Origin: Phoronis australis
Lineage: Eukaryota > Animalia > Phoronida
Direction: 5' to 3'
Assembly (NCBI GenBank): GCA_002633005.1
Contig: NMRA01000058.1
Span: 225,585-289,584, forward strand
DNA: 64,000 nt
Below the pieces are notes generated by a model. The model saw nothing but the letters and a program-made list of their open reading frames with translations, had not been told where the DNA came from and searched no databases. The position numbers were made by a program, and so were the translations under genes. This document shows, in pieces, positions 1 to 12,775 of the stretch; positions within the stretch are counted from its first letter, which is position 1; every line of letters begins with the position of its first letter.

Positions 1-400
1 CAACGTTTCGTCTTAATTTTCATTAGACATCATCATGATCACATTTATAACAATTTAGGACAACAAGTGCCAACATACAGCTCAGGTAACATCCATAGAG
101 TGAAGTGAGAGATACATAGAATATTGTCAGTAGCTGCTCATCAGACAACAAAAAGCCAACATACAGCTCAGGTAACATCCATAGAGTGAAGTGAGAGATA
201 CACAGAATATTGTCAGTAGCTGCTCATCACCATAGTTGAAGGGTCACTGAGCTCTGCATGTTATTCAGAGAATCAGTGGCATGCTGGTTCTGAATGGCCA
301 ATGACTCTTTAATGTACATTAACTGACCTTATTAGGTTCTCTGCATATAATACTAACAGAGTTGGCTTGGTGATTGGAGCTAAAACAATGCCTATATATG
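1..400 (-). mobile_element. Penelope-like element 3' end with tandem ~86-bp duplication and hammerhead-like motif
   Basis: Minus strand YIKESLAIQNQH...SSVTLQLW* (GIY-YIG C-terminus); repeats 59-143 and 144-229; minus-strand TGATGATGTCT-N-AGACGAAACGTTG at 1-38 resembles a minimal PLE hammerhead. Confidence 0.6.
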
Positions 401-499
401 TATTGATGCACAACATGTCTAGTCCCGCTGTCTAATTCGAACAAGAGATGTCCAACACTCGTACATAACACCAAAAGCTGATAATTTTTTAAAACAGCT

Positions 500-700
500 T
501 CTTATCACCTTCAAAATGGTTCTTTAAAGACCATTTTGTCACCTGCTACAGTCACAAACTCACTCAGTCTGAAATTGTTGGCAACTCAGAATCTGACCGC
601 TATTGCCGTAAGATCTTGGAGGCTCTAATGATTAAAACTGAACATTCCTTGATAAATTCCCGAGACAATGGTTAGACTAGAATCCTCAACTATTTTAGTG
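500..700 (+). mobile_element. Decayed Penelope-like GIY-YIG C-terminal fragment
   Basis: With frameshifts reads HLQNGS..DHF..HKLTQSEIVGN...KILEALMIKTEHSLINSRD. Confidence 0.5.
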
Positions 701-716
701 TCGCCTGCTGTTCAGC

Positions 717-1262
717 AGAAGCGTGTTCAACAGAGTGAGCGCCCGCTAACGTGTACTCGCGAACACAAGGAACAGCTCCTGAACAGCTGTGAGCGCTCAC
801 TGTGCGATCCAGTATGGCGACTCTGAAGCAGATTGTGTTGAACGTCTTAGCCGATGAGTTTAACACTAACAGTCCTTCCTATGGCGTACTGAGCGATAAA
901 TATGATTAATCTTTGCCAATAATTATTAATATCGGCAGCCCAAGACAACAACCGTGAAGGCTTTGGCCCGGCAAGAATCGAAAATTACGTCGAGGAAACT
1001 GTTCCTCGCTACAGCGACCCGCAATTTAAGTCGCAGTTTCGGATGAGTCGGTCAACTTTTGAGGTTAGTTTTCGTGTTGCAGAACCATGATGGGTTCATA
1101 TGTTGCGGACGTGAAGCCTTCGCAGGACGCCATCATGGAAATCTAAGCGAACATGCTCTCGAGGTTGTTCGCGAGCGCTTGTGAGCGCTAACGTGAACAC
1201 AGCTGTTCAGGACGAGGGCGCTCAAATCGCTCGCGGGCGCTCACTCTATTGAACACGCTTCT
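717..1262 (+). mobile_element. Non-autonomous PIF/Harbinger-like element
   Basis: 30-bp TIR agaagcgtgttcaaYagagtgagcgcccgc at both ends (1 mismatch); internal IENYVEETVPRYSDPQFKSQFRMSRSTFE is the Harbinger transposase N-terminal FRM motif. Confidence 0.85.
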
Positions 1263-2779
1263 GGTGTCTCTGTTGTCCTCTCTATTGGGTTTCACACTTG
1301 TGGGTGTATTGCTAATGATATCCACTGTGTTACTTTTTGTGTGTTGCTTTCTGACCTATATCTTCCTGATGGACTCTGTTGGCTTTTGCAGCATTTTAGT
1401 CACTTTTCAGATGACCAAGGAAGGTCTTATTCAGTGAAAGTGGCTGCTCTACGTTTTCAGTAAGGGGGGTTTAGGATTCGAGCGAATCCGAGGTGCATAG
1501 CGCCGAGGGGAAGGAAGGTCGAGAGAGAGTTTCCCTCCTCCTGTGCAACATTTTGTTGTTTTTAGTGGCTAATTTTCGTTTCTCTGGCAAAAGTTTTTTC
1601 AATTTTTATTTTTGATCCTGTCCCAAGGAGGGGTTTAAACCCCCTCAAGCCCTCCTGTAGATCAGCTTCTGAATAAATGGCTGTGATCCGTTTATAGTTG
1701 TCTCCTTTTGGTGTTATGTATGATTGTTGAATGTCTCCTGTTGGAATTAGGTGCATTGTGTGGCAATACAAGAAGCTATTGCTAAATCTTGAATTGTGGA
1801 AAATGTTTGACTTCCATACCACTTGCTTGAAAGAAGGCCTGTTACCAATTTGGTTAGCCTGTGTCAAATGCTCAGTGATTTCCAAAGTTAGGCCTTCCTG
1901 TAAATCGGAAATGATTTTTATCTCCATTTGACACACCAAACCAATATGTGCAATAGGGTCATAGGCCAATGTTTTTTAATCATTTTCATACTGCTGTGGT
2001 TTGCAGTTATGTAAGTATATTAACTGAGTTTGAGAGACAAGGTGCAGCTGCCTGATAAAAGTCATTGAGCTTGCCTCTGTTGGTTGCTTGTGGTTTGATT
2101 TATTATTTGTTTAACTCATTAAGATTGATGTGAACTGGGGTCAGTGAAGTGAGGATATTTATACTCATTTGCCAACTATTGCTCAATGCTTTTCCCATGT
2201 TAATTATGCAAATAATCTTGTGTATTTTTCAAGCAAACGTTTACAACGAAAAACTTTTTCATTGGAACATGAATTTGCTGGTATTCTGATTTCCACTAAA
2301 TTTCACTGGGTAAATACCGGCAGAAAAACTACAATTGTAGTGTTAGACGACGTAGCTTTCAGGTATTCGTGAATCCTTTGAGGGACACAACCTTTTGTGG
2401 AGTTAATCCCATGTATTTTTTCCTGAGAAATTTGTGGGAATTCAAAATACATAGGAACAACACTTATGTTCTTTCTGTTCTCTATCGACATGCAAAAATG
2501 TGGTTTTGTCTTATTAGTTTTATTGAAGATGTTGCAGAGCCAGGTTACATACTTCATAGCTAGAGAGGACATATTGCCGTTGCAAAGTTTTCTTTTTGGA
2601 CTTTTTTATACATATATCGGCAATGAAAACATTTACAATAACACAAAAAGCTAAGAACACCTCAAACACGCACATACACACGCATACCCAGCACCTAATC
2701 CTCTTGACTTCTAAGAAAAACAGTTTCAAAGTTACACCATCTTTTTTGTGCGAATTCTGAATTCAAATCCTTACGAGCA

Positions 2780-4090
2780 CTATACTTTTTACACATATAA
2801 TATTGTTTGATGAACTTAATAAATCTACTTAGAAGTAATCTTTTTGATCCGAACTTTTGGGTTTATATAAACTGTTTACCCAATAATAAAACAGTGTTTT
2901 TAAAATTTTCCTTTTTATCAAAAAAGCCAAAAACAGCATTGTTGCAGAAGAAAGTGCCGACACTCTGGGATTTGCTTTGTATAAAATTTCGTTATTAACT
3001 TTTGTCCAAAATGAATTTACTGTTTCACATTCCCAAAATAAGTGTTTACAAGTCTCTTTCAATTGTCCTTAGAAGGTACGTCGTCATCTGTAAATATAGA
3101 TTATTACACGGCGAAGTCGTTATCGCCCGTATTCTAGAGCCCGAGTGGATTTGGGAGAATTGTTGCCCGAGGGGCTGATGATAATTCTCCAAAATCCACG
3201 AGAGCTCTAGATAAGGGGGATCATAAACTGAGAACATGTAATAATCTATTTATACCACATACTGGACGAGAAACATTGTAATGAATCGATTTACCTTTCT
3301 TGACTCGCTTCGGCTTTGTAACTACTGTCTATGTCAGAGGCCCGGGGTCGGAGGTCGTGACCTTTTATGAAAAGCCAAGCTATTTTTGTCAATGCTTTTA
3401 CTCAAATCCAATTGAAAATTTAAACAAAATAGAAGTAAAGTGGATTAAGGTTTAGCAACTAGTAGCTTACTACACATTTTATCACGCTAAGCTTCGACCG
3501 AGAAAATATCGTCTGCTGAAGTAGGTTACCACTGGTAACTGACTATAATGCTCAAGTCAAAGGATCCCGACGACATGATACCCGCATTCAAATTGGAGAT
3601 TGGTGAATTACATTAAACATGAGAGATAAATTTCACTGAATTAAAATGTCGTTTTTATGGAAATTATGAGTCTTATTTTTCATAGCGTATCAATATCTGT
3701 GCAATGACCTTTGTTGAACACGTGATTGTTGCGTGTGCTTATTTAAGTATTCTAATTTCACGCTCGATGACGTCAGCCACTGAGTGGTGCAGTGGTTAAA
3801 AGTCAACGACTCGAAACTCTAGCGGCTCGGGTTCGAAACCGGGTCCGGTTCCCGCCAAAATGTTATCTCATTAGTGAGATAACTAAATGGGCTATTACAC
3901 GGTTGTATTGGCTGTTCGAGGCTCATATTGTGGTATAACTTGAATTATTTTTAAAAATGAGTTGATTGTCAAAATTCTCGTCAAGAGTCTGAACTGAAGC
4001 CACCTAATTCTTGGGTCTCTTGTTGTGTTATATAGAAGGGAATAAACATCTTCCCATGAAAAATTATGTATGTATTTTTGGACTTGATGT
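2780..4090 (-). mobile_element. L1/Tx1-type LINE 3' fragment (zf-RVT region), split by an insertion at 3097-3938
   Basis: Minus strand WEDVYSLLYNTTRDPRIRWLQFRLLTRILTINSFLKII (3940-4060) continues after the insert as ETCKHLFWECETVNSFWTKV (about 2990-3060). Confidence 0.8.
3097..3938. mobile_element. Crypton-like non-autonomous element with nested inverted repeats
   Basis: IR tagattattaca(3097)/tgtaataatcta(3237) encloses a long hairpin; second IR ttataccaca(3250)/tgtggtataa(3929); no TSD; cleanly interrupts a LINE reading frame. Confidence 0.6.
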
Positions 4091-4110
4091 TAGTTTTTAA
4101 CTGTAACAGT

Positions 4111-5634
4111 CAGGGTTTCCCCTGGGTTTTTAAAGGAGCGTGGTGGCGAAGGGCCAAAACGGGGTGCAAAGCCCGTTGCCGCACGCACATGCGAGAAGTG
4201 GGCTTCCCCTATTGCCTGGGTTTCGAAAGGAGTATGGTGTTTAATGCTTGACGTCGATGCGGAACCCGGTGTCACATGCGAGTATGGGATGAAGTGAGAT
4301 CGTCCCATCGGGGGGTTGGGGGGGGGGGATTGGGAAACCTTCCTCAGGCCAAAATTTGAAAAACTAGATGTAATTGGCTGCAGTTTGGTGCATTATACAA
4401 GTTTACTCATCATAGATAAGACCTTAACCCGAGCATCATGTAGTGGAAGTATCTGGGTAAAGGATACTTCACTAGACAAATTGGCAATGAAGTGTCCGGC
4501 ATTGTGTGATCTCTGTATGAAAAGTTTTGTATCACTCAACATATTTTAGTCTCCAAAAAAACTTGTGTCAGGAACAGAACATGACAGGACAAGGATTCAC
4601 AGTACTCATTACGGTGTATCTTCAGGAGTATTTTGCTAGGAATGAAAAAGAGTAGATTGCAATGTTAAATGCACGTTTTTTGCCTGTTATTGCAAGTTCA
4701 GAAAATAACGAATCCCTAATTTCAACTAATAACAAAGTAGAGCATGGCATAGGCATGTTACAACTCAGGCGATGTCAAACCAGCTACGTATTACAAAACA
4801 TGAAGCCACAAAATAGTCTTATGAGACACAGTTGTAGACGCACTCGAGTACAAAAAAACTGTGTGTTAAAATTCAATTATCCACGACATGACGAACGTAG
4901 AACAAAAAATATTTGAACTTTTTAGACGTAATAAACTAATGTAAAGAAAGTTCCGTTGATATCGTGTTGCTAAACATAAATCAGTTATTGGTGTTGGCCG
5001 GCATAGCAGACGATGTATAATCCAGTCCACGCAGATGAATCTGAGACTGGTTTCCATTCAATATCTTCATTCTGGCACAAGGCTTTTGTTGATTAAACAG
5101 TTGAATGTCACGCCCTGCAGTATAATTTACATTGCTGTACAATATGATTTGTAAACTCGGACACCATAAAATGAATGAAGCAGAAAGCTTACCGTTTCTT
5201 ACTTCATTAGCCAGTGCTGGCGCTTTGCCATTTTAGAAAATTGTTATCGAGGTCATTGTCTGGTCCCCGGCTGTATTAAGTTTATGTGCATTGGCAGAGC
5301 GGAGGTACGAAAGGGGATTGAATGATGTGTTTAACGGGAGCACAATTCAAGAGCCCATTGTAAAATTATTTATTTTTCTCGTTTGATCCACAAATGGCAA
5401 AAGGTGCGGTGTGACTTGTACTTATTCATGATTACTAGCGATCATTTTTACTTGCGATTCTTTTTACTTGCGATCATTTTTACTAGCGGAAATTTTACTA
5501 GTGATTTTTGTGTGGCGATGAAGTTTCCCCGTCACGATTAGGTGTGTGGCGGTCAATTTGAGTATGATTTACGAGTGACGGGGCCAAAAAGGAGCGTGGC
5601 GGGCCGCCCAGAAGTTTACACACGGGAAACCCTG
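4111..5634. mobile_element. hAT-like non-autonomous TIR element
   Basis: TIR cagggtttccc / gggaaaccctg, shared subterminal aaaggagcgtgg motif; no matching TSD found. Confidence 0.5.
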
Positions 5635-6229
5635 CCACTTCCACGTACTCATCATGTCTGCATAGATTTCCTTTTTCTATGCCATGTTTATCGCCAATGG
5701 GTGTTGTATGAAGGCGCAAGCAACAATAGACCCGGAGCTAATTCATGAGGCACATGTTGTGTGTCGATCTGCTATTAAATGCAGCTTATAACTTGTGTGC
5801 GAACAAAAACAAATTAATGGAAGCAGTCTGAGGAGTGACACTTGGTGAAATCGAAGCTTGAGATTGAGTACAAGAATGGCGACCATTTTGCTCTTTGAAC
5901 AATTTCTTCTAGTATTCTTTAATTATGAAACTTGGAATGATAGAAAAAAAAAATTTCATAGTCTCTAGTGGTGAGTACATGTAGGTTAAATACTTAGCTT
6001 ATGCAGTCTGAGACTGTGTGCTTGGTGTGTTTTATATTTGAACCGCGCTCTACAGTCCTTTGTCAACAAGTGACAGGTATTTCATATAGGTGGAACACTT
6101 CCTGGATCAACATTTTATCTTTAATTAGAGTTCTGCATTTGATAATTTTGTACAGGTAAGAAGCTAACACCGCTACCTAACGATACCAGGGCGTACTTTT
6201 TCATTAAAAATTAAATGAAAGCGCTTTGA

Positions 6230-6770
6230 GGAGTGACACTTGGTGAAATTGATTGAACAGACGACATTAGAGATGATGATGATATTAATGATGACAGTAG
6301 AAGTGGAAATGATGACCATGATGATAACAATCGACGAATGAGGATGTCAGAAATGAGTAAGAAATAAGCTTTAGTCTGGTTCAATAGAAGATAAACCAAC
6401 AAAAGGGCAGCAAAATCAGTCATCAAACAAACATTGTAATCAGGAAATCTAGATTAATTCGAAAAGTTTATGTCGTGGCAAAAAACGGAAAACGTCCACT
6501 GAAATCCCGTTAAAAACAGTCTAACGATAGATTCACAAAATTCCACAAAATTTTTGAAAAATTTTGCTATTCTTTGAAATTCAAATAACTCAAAAACGGT
6601 AAGTCTGAGAAAAAATTGTTGCAGTTCATTTGAAAGGATATACTTTAGCGAATCCACATGCAAAAATTCACGCCATTTGCTCTTCCTGTTAAAAATCATG
6701 CACCCCAGCACGATTGGAAAAGGGTGAAAATGCGTCAGATCCGCCATCTTGAAAGAAACTTCCAGTTAAG
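6230..6770 (+). repeat. Interspersed repeat, inverted homolog of about 21450-22210
   Basis: aaaacggtaagtctgaga...aatccacatgcaaaaattcacg...gccatcttgaaag is the reverse complement of 21455-21640. Confidence 0.75.
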
Positions 6771-8130
6771 TAGCACTCGGCTGATTTCTGGGGTCACGTG
6801 CTTGGAAGTAGTGACAAGACACTGATGCTGGCTTTGATGTGGCAGCATCTAATGAATTCACGTTTTTTTGTGGGCTGTGTTTTCTCAAAAGAACTATTAG
6901 TGCTGTGCATTTTTTTATTTGATCTGAAGAGGCAGCAGAGTGATCAGTAGGCTACGTCTATGCCTGTCGGGAAGTGAAATGGGCGGCATGAAACATGAAA
7001 CAGTAGATATCAGTACAATTAAACAGCTGAATAGGAAAAGTTTGAAGAAAAAATATTTGAAATAACTCATGACTTCGGAAACAACCTCATGGGTCTAAAT
7101 ATGCGCGAGTGCTGTTGGGTTAATTTAATTAAAAATGTGTTGGGGAGGCTAGATTTTAGCAGTGTGTCCTTTTCATATCTGCAATTTCCTTCTCTCAATC
7201 TTCGAATTTTGTTCTGTGCATGTCTGAAAGAACCCAGGATAGGAACTCACTTGTAACCACAAATTACCCTGCTAATTGCCCAATCTGGCCTTTGTGGTAA
7301 CCAACAATAGGTCATCAAGTAAGCTCTGCTCAAGGGTCAGTTGCATATATTTGTTTTGGTGGAATTGAGCAGTTATTAGTGGAGAAAAATGTCCAAAATA
7401 ACTCTTGTTCACTAGTAAGTAAGTCATATATTTGAAGGTGAAATACACCATTGCTTGGTTATTCAATACATGCACTGATAATTGTGATCATGCATTTTTC
7501 ATGAAATTGCATCAGAAGAGACAAAGACATGACTGCTCTGCTTCAAATGCGTGTTACTCGGTTGTGAATTTGCGGTAGTAGCGATTTTCTCAAGCTTATT
7601 TTTTCAAAATGTATTGATCAGTTTGAATGAAATTACCCAATTTGTAATCCAGAATAAATGAACTGAATTCTGTGCCAGGATTTTTCTGTAAATTTTGGAC
7701 AAACTTTTGTTATTTGATTTCAAATGGATAATTGACAAGACAGCACATTTTGTCGAGCCTCAAAAACGCAAAACATGAATAAAAAATGAAAGACAAATGT
7801 CTTATATGTATATTAATAATTTAAAACTATGGTGTGGAAAACGTTTGTGAAAAATGCTTATTTTGGAAAGTGTTTGAGGTTATAATTGATTTGTTTGAAA
7901 TTGATAAAATTGTTTTAAAAAATCCGAAAGACTTAAAAACATATTTGGTTTTCTCAAATTTAGAATCATATCTATGTAGTGGTACACTTTTTGTTACCCA
8001 TTTGGAAGAATAATATAGAAAATCAAACAGCCTTGACCTACCTTAAAAGACAAGGTTTCTGTGAGACCCTTTGTTGAGCCATAGTTAATATTATAATTTT
8101 GAGATTTTGTTTATCTTGTTCTTTCCTTAG

Positions 8131-8188
8131 GACTTCCTTGGAAGATGCTGAAGAGGATATAGATGCCTTGGAAGCCAAGCTTGACAAG
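8131..8188 (+). CDS. ACAP2: ACAP-family ArfGAP (BAR-PH-ArfGAP-ANK), first visible coding exon (probably exon 2)
   Basis: ctttccttag acceptor and gtatgt donor; 58 nt reading (R)TSLEDAEEDIDALEAKLDK, which matches the ACAP BAR N-terminus. The symbol marks the family; invertebrate orthology to one vertebrate paralog is not implied. Confidence 0.9.
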
Positions 8189-9356
8189 GTATGTTCATAG
8201 CAGGGTGACTTGGCCTGTGTTCTTGGAGATCTTGTAGATGAGAAGTAATTTTGCAGTACTTGAGCTACCATACTTATTAACCTTAACAAATTTAATACGC
8301 AGCGTGGCAGACATGTAGGATTTCATTTTGTAACATGTATCAGCAAACCTGAAATTTAAATATTTTATTCTATTAGTAACAATAGGTTTGTGCAGTAGGA
8401 CTGCTTTAAACACTTCTTACGGTGCTCTCTCTAACAGTTTGTATGAACTATTTTTCCAATGAGAGCTTTGTCCTCCAACTAATAGAGACAAAACTGGCCG
8501 TACGAAGTATTTAGAGCTGAAAGTCAAGTGTTCAAATTCTTAGAAATAAAGATCAATGATAACAACAAGGGCAGCGACATCCTTCGAGACGGTTTGGTAA
8601 TGTGAATTAATTACAACAAATAGCATATTATTGTCCCGGGTGATGGATTTACTTCAAAATATAATACTTGAACGCTTTGTCGCTTTTATTTTCTTCCCAT
8701 GTTCGCAAACTTAAAGAACCCCGCAGGCTTCAGTACCTGCGCTTTCAACGACGCTGTCTGCTGCACTGAGTTTCCCGATTACAGTGCACTAGTATTTGAA
8801 AAAAATCAGATCAGTGAAATGTGACAGTCGCTTTGCCAACCCTCCCAATTGCATTCAAGCTTTGGATTTTGAAGAATTGCCATAACTCACAGACATGTGT
8901 CAAATTCTCCTTTTCATGAAATTCCCCTGACTTTGAACTCACAGTTTTCTTGAAATGTAATTGCTGGGTTAGCGAGCATGTGTCATGCCCGAAAAAAATA
9001 ATGTCTCACTGGGTTAATCTGCAGCCTCTTGATTTTAGAATTCAGAGGTTGGCAATCCGTTACTGGATGTTTTTTTTATCTCTGTCACGTGTATCTGTAA
9101 CCTATAACATACTTCCTACAAAACTAGGGTGAACTTTTATTGTTAAATTGTACACAACATGTATCTAGTACCTCAAAATAAATTTTATTATATCTTACTT
9201 GATTTCAGTGCCTTTAGTGCACGGCTCATAAAGAAACACGCAAAAATTTAAATAAATAATAATTATGTACAACGTCATATTGTTCGGATCAGAGACAAAG
9301 TGTATAGAGTTAAGTGAAAGCAAATTATATTTAGCGTCGAGAAGGTTAGTAGAGGG

Positions 9357-11283
9357 ATGAAAAGATGTGTTTGAGGAGGCTGCAGCAGCAGCAGCAGCCA
9401 GACGGAGAACGTCTCGGTGTTCAAATTTCCGGAGGACGCCGAAGTTGCGTAGAAGTGGTATCGCTTCGTGCGCCGAACAAGAGTGTGGGACCTCAGCGTG
9501 AACCAAGCAATTCGGTCAGGAGCCACTCTGTGTTCTGCCCACTTTGAGGACTCGTGTTTCGACTCTAGTCAGAGGAGACGTTACGATGGAGGCCTGGCCA
9601 CTTAGTGAGTGCATTTTTATTTTTGTTTTCAATAACAAATATGTAAAATAGTTAATAGGTCTACCGGTATCTCATGAAACTGGTTGGTGGGTAGATCATT
9701 GACATGCACCTCAGCCCCAGTTTAAGATTCACTGGCAGTCTGATGAACAGGCTGCCCGGCAATGTCATTACTTTGGTGTCATTGATTAGATTGCTTGCAT
9801 CATCTTGTTCAGTGTCTGACACACACTATAGAAGTAGCCTATTGTGTGGCCTAGCTTTTTGTTTTTCCAGTGTAGAAAATTTTGTGATGACCGGGACTTG
9901 AACCCGGGTTGCACGAGCGACAGTCAAGCATCTAAACCATTCTGCCAAGAGGCAATTGCCGCTTGGCAAGTGGCTTAGAAAGGCTTTATCTGACTGTACC
10001 TGTCGTGGCAACCAGAAGTCACGCTTCACAACACCAGGAGCCTGTAGCGCTTGTAGTCACTGTACTGTAGTGTACTGAGCAATGTGGATTGTTCCCGGAG
10101 GTCACTCTCAGACATAAATATAGCATTCAATCCTCATTTTAAAAGATAGTTGAGAAATTCCCTACTGTGGATGCTATATGTTAGCTAATCCCTACACCCT
10201 ATTATAGATTAGCTTTGTCTACCTCCCCCCATGCAGCGTTCATCTACAACCCATCCCAGTTTTTGGTACATTTTAATTAATCTAATCATTGTGCAATGAA
10301 AAATGTTTTTAATGTCAACAATGAAATGTCTAGGGTGAGCCTAATGTAGTCTTGTTGGAATTGTGGTTGTAACAGGCAATAATGTATTGAGGATAGTAAT
10401 GTAGTGATGCCTGTTTTGAGTGGTAAGAAAATCAATGCGCTTTTTTCTAGGATGGTTCTTATCGTCTAGTACACTTTGTTACAGGACTGAAATACAAATA
10501 AAGGAGGCATATTGAACCCTTGCATGTCTTGCAAAACATGCTTTGTCTTTATGAGTGATCCTGGTTGATTATACCGCAGGCTCAATTCAGCTTTTAAAAC
10601 TCGGATACTTGTTTCTTTTTACTACTTGAATGTGACCTATGTTTTGCAGTTGTCTTCGCTTACTTCCTGGCAGTGTCCCTTCACTTCATCCTATATCACG
10701 GAAACCAACCCTGCTGCCTTCCCAGAAAGTGTCTGCCTTGTCTAGGAGTGCAAAGCAAAAGCCACAGAGATCTTTGGTTTCATGGAAACTTGAGTCTGCA
10801 AGGGTAGGTTAATTATAAAGTGTCATGTTTGTAAGTGGATGTCTTTGAGAGTTTGCTTTGTGGATGGATATGGTTAGTTATTGTTGGTAAAATTGTTGCA
10901 AGCTGTTACCAGAAGTAGATATTACTTATTGATGGTAAACCTTGTATAGTGTAATTTTGAATAGTTTTAAATCAATTATACCAGGTTTACCATCAAAAAG
11001 TATAATTGTTGGTTATTGTGCTCATGTTGCGGTTATTGTGCTCATGTTGCTCTATACCAAACTGTTAATTTTTACTTTTTGAACTTCTGTCTTCCATTTA
11101 TTTAGATTCGCGAAGAGGTCCGTTCTATTGCCAAACAGAAACGATCTAAGGCGCCTCATACCGTCACGCCTGCAGCTGCCCCTTCATCGATGTCTTCTTC
11201 ACCTGGCCGTCTGTGCTATTGGGACACGCAAATCATCATAGAGCCCATCAGACGAGATGCAGAGACGCAAACAGAAATTGCTG
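9357..11283 (+). pseudogene. Three-exon THAP-domain (transposase N-terminus) pseudogene: 9357-9604, 10650-10803, 11106-11283
   Basis: MKRCV*GGC...FKFPED..*KW..FVRRTR...LCSAHFEDSCF | RLLPGSVPSL (AVPTIF box) | ...RDAETQT; GT-AG sites with matching phases; two stops in exon 1. Confidence 0.8.
9883..9952 (-). repeat. tRNA-derived (Asp-like) SINE head or pseudo-tRNA
   Basis: Minus strand: TGGCAGAATGG A box, CTGTCGC loop, GGTTCAAGTCCC B box; stems incomplete. Confidence 0.55.
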
Positions 11284-11304
11284 GTAATTTGATTGACTGA
11301 CCAT

Positions 11305-12775
11305 AGACCCAATTCATGCCGACAAGAGGCAGGTTCCAAAACAAGGCTGGCTATGATAGCTCTGTTAGCTTATCAGCATAGTTGTATTTCAGTCCTCGTT
11401 GCTCTGCGAACGGCTAAAAAAATACGAACACTCAACTGTCTGCTTTACAATCCCTAAAGACGTTGAGATTCGGAAGCGTTGGGTTGTTGCCATATGCCGC
11501 GACAAAGCAAAATATGTCCGTGTAAACTTTATAAGTGTTTTCGCAAAGTTAGATCATTTTTTGTCACATCTCGGTTGCCAAGCATCATAGTATATCATAG
11601 AATGGGCCAGCCAGGCTGTGTTTTCATGACTACGGGTTGAAACATATAATTTTTTACTTTCCAAAAAAGACAGGGCCCTCAATCCCTCGAATTTGGGGCC
11701 CAATATCAGGCCTATTCCCCTCTCAAAAATATTGAAATATCACGCGAATTTCTCCCCACTTGGCATAAAAATTCCCCTAGTGGAAAATCACCTGTAACCA
11801 CACAGGTGACAATTTTTAAGACCATAAAAGGCTACTTTAAATTGAGACAGAGCCTGTGAGAGCTTGCAACAGGGCAGAGGTGCTATTGATGGTGATCGGG
11901 AGGTAGACTGTTCCCCTCTCGGGCAAAAAAATCGCCTCTCAGTAGGCACATACACCTTTCCCCTCGGATGAACGAGGCTCCTGGAGAAACATGATAACTA
12001 TGATTGCTTTGTCCAGTTAACTGAAATTGAGTTCTAAAATGAGGTTATGCTTTGGACGAACGAATTAAGTCTTTTTATTTTAAAATTCAACTTGGTCCAG
12101 ATTGATATTTGAAACCTAACAAATGAAATAGACGTAAGAATTATTACAACCAAGAAAGCAGAATTGTTGGTCAAATAATTTTTATTTTCAATTACGAGCC
12201 TGGTTTTTTATTTTGATAAAAAAATATTTAATTAGTAAAACATCAATTATTCTTTCAGATCAATGACAAATCAACTGTTATTCCCAGTGAGTGCATAGGA
12301 TCAGGCTATGCTTGTTGTTAATATTCTTGATCAACAAATTCAACCAGATGTGACTAATTGCACATGACAGCCACCACTGTCGAATATGTGTTCAACTCAT
12401 CAACAATACGAGCAGATGATGTGGTTCGCGTAGAAAGTATTTTCATCAACAATTTACAAGAAAAAACGTATCCCTGCATTCAGCATAATACCTAATCCGT
12501 AACACTATGATTGCCGCAATTTGGTCATATTTATTTTTCATGTTTCGAACCTAGTTTTCCAAAAAAATTGAACCCTATCGTCAGACAACTCTTTGGCGCC
12601 TTAACTTGTTCTCTAATGTACATTTTCTACGTCTTTGTGGTTAATTGTCGACACATTATTAAAATTTAATATCCAGGTTGGACTCGGCTATTTAACTCAC
12701 GCAATGTCAACTTCCGCTTTGTTTATCACAGTGAGCCTTGTTTTGGATTTTAATTCCGCCGCCTGAATTGGGTCT
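11305..12775 (+). mobile_element. ISL2EU/Harbinger-like element with THAP remnant
   Basis: TIR agacccaattca/tgaattgggtct plus inverted subterminal tccaaaacaaggct; THAP fragment FTIPKDVEIRKRWVVAICRD at about 11440-11510. Confidence 0.7.

Larger units (their letters stand above)
9147..11283 (+). mobile_element. Kolobok-like element left arm carrying a spliced THAP gene
   Basis: TTAA followed by attgtacacaacatg, homologous to the left end at 22737; right end not found. Confidence 0.7.

Noticed and set aside
3776-3853. Functional tRNA gene
   Set aside because: A and B boxes are present, but the anticodon and acceptor stems do not pair.
5690-8130. Search for ACAP exon 1 (FEEC.KDSP.FR-like)
   Set aside because: Candidate ATGs near 5876 and 6988 do not encode this motif; exon 1 is probably upstream of the window.
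9372-9374. In-frame TGA at a Cys position of the THAP domain as possible selenocysteine
   Set aside because: The sister copy has TGC, and a second TAG stop follows in the same exon, so simple decay explains it.
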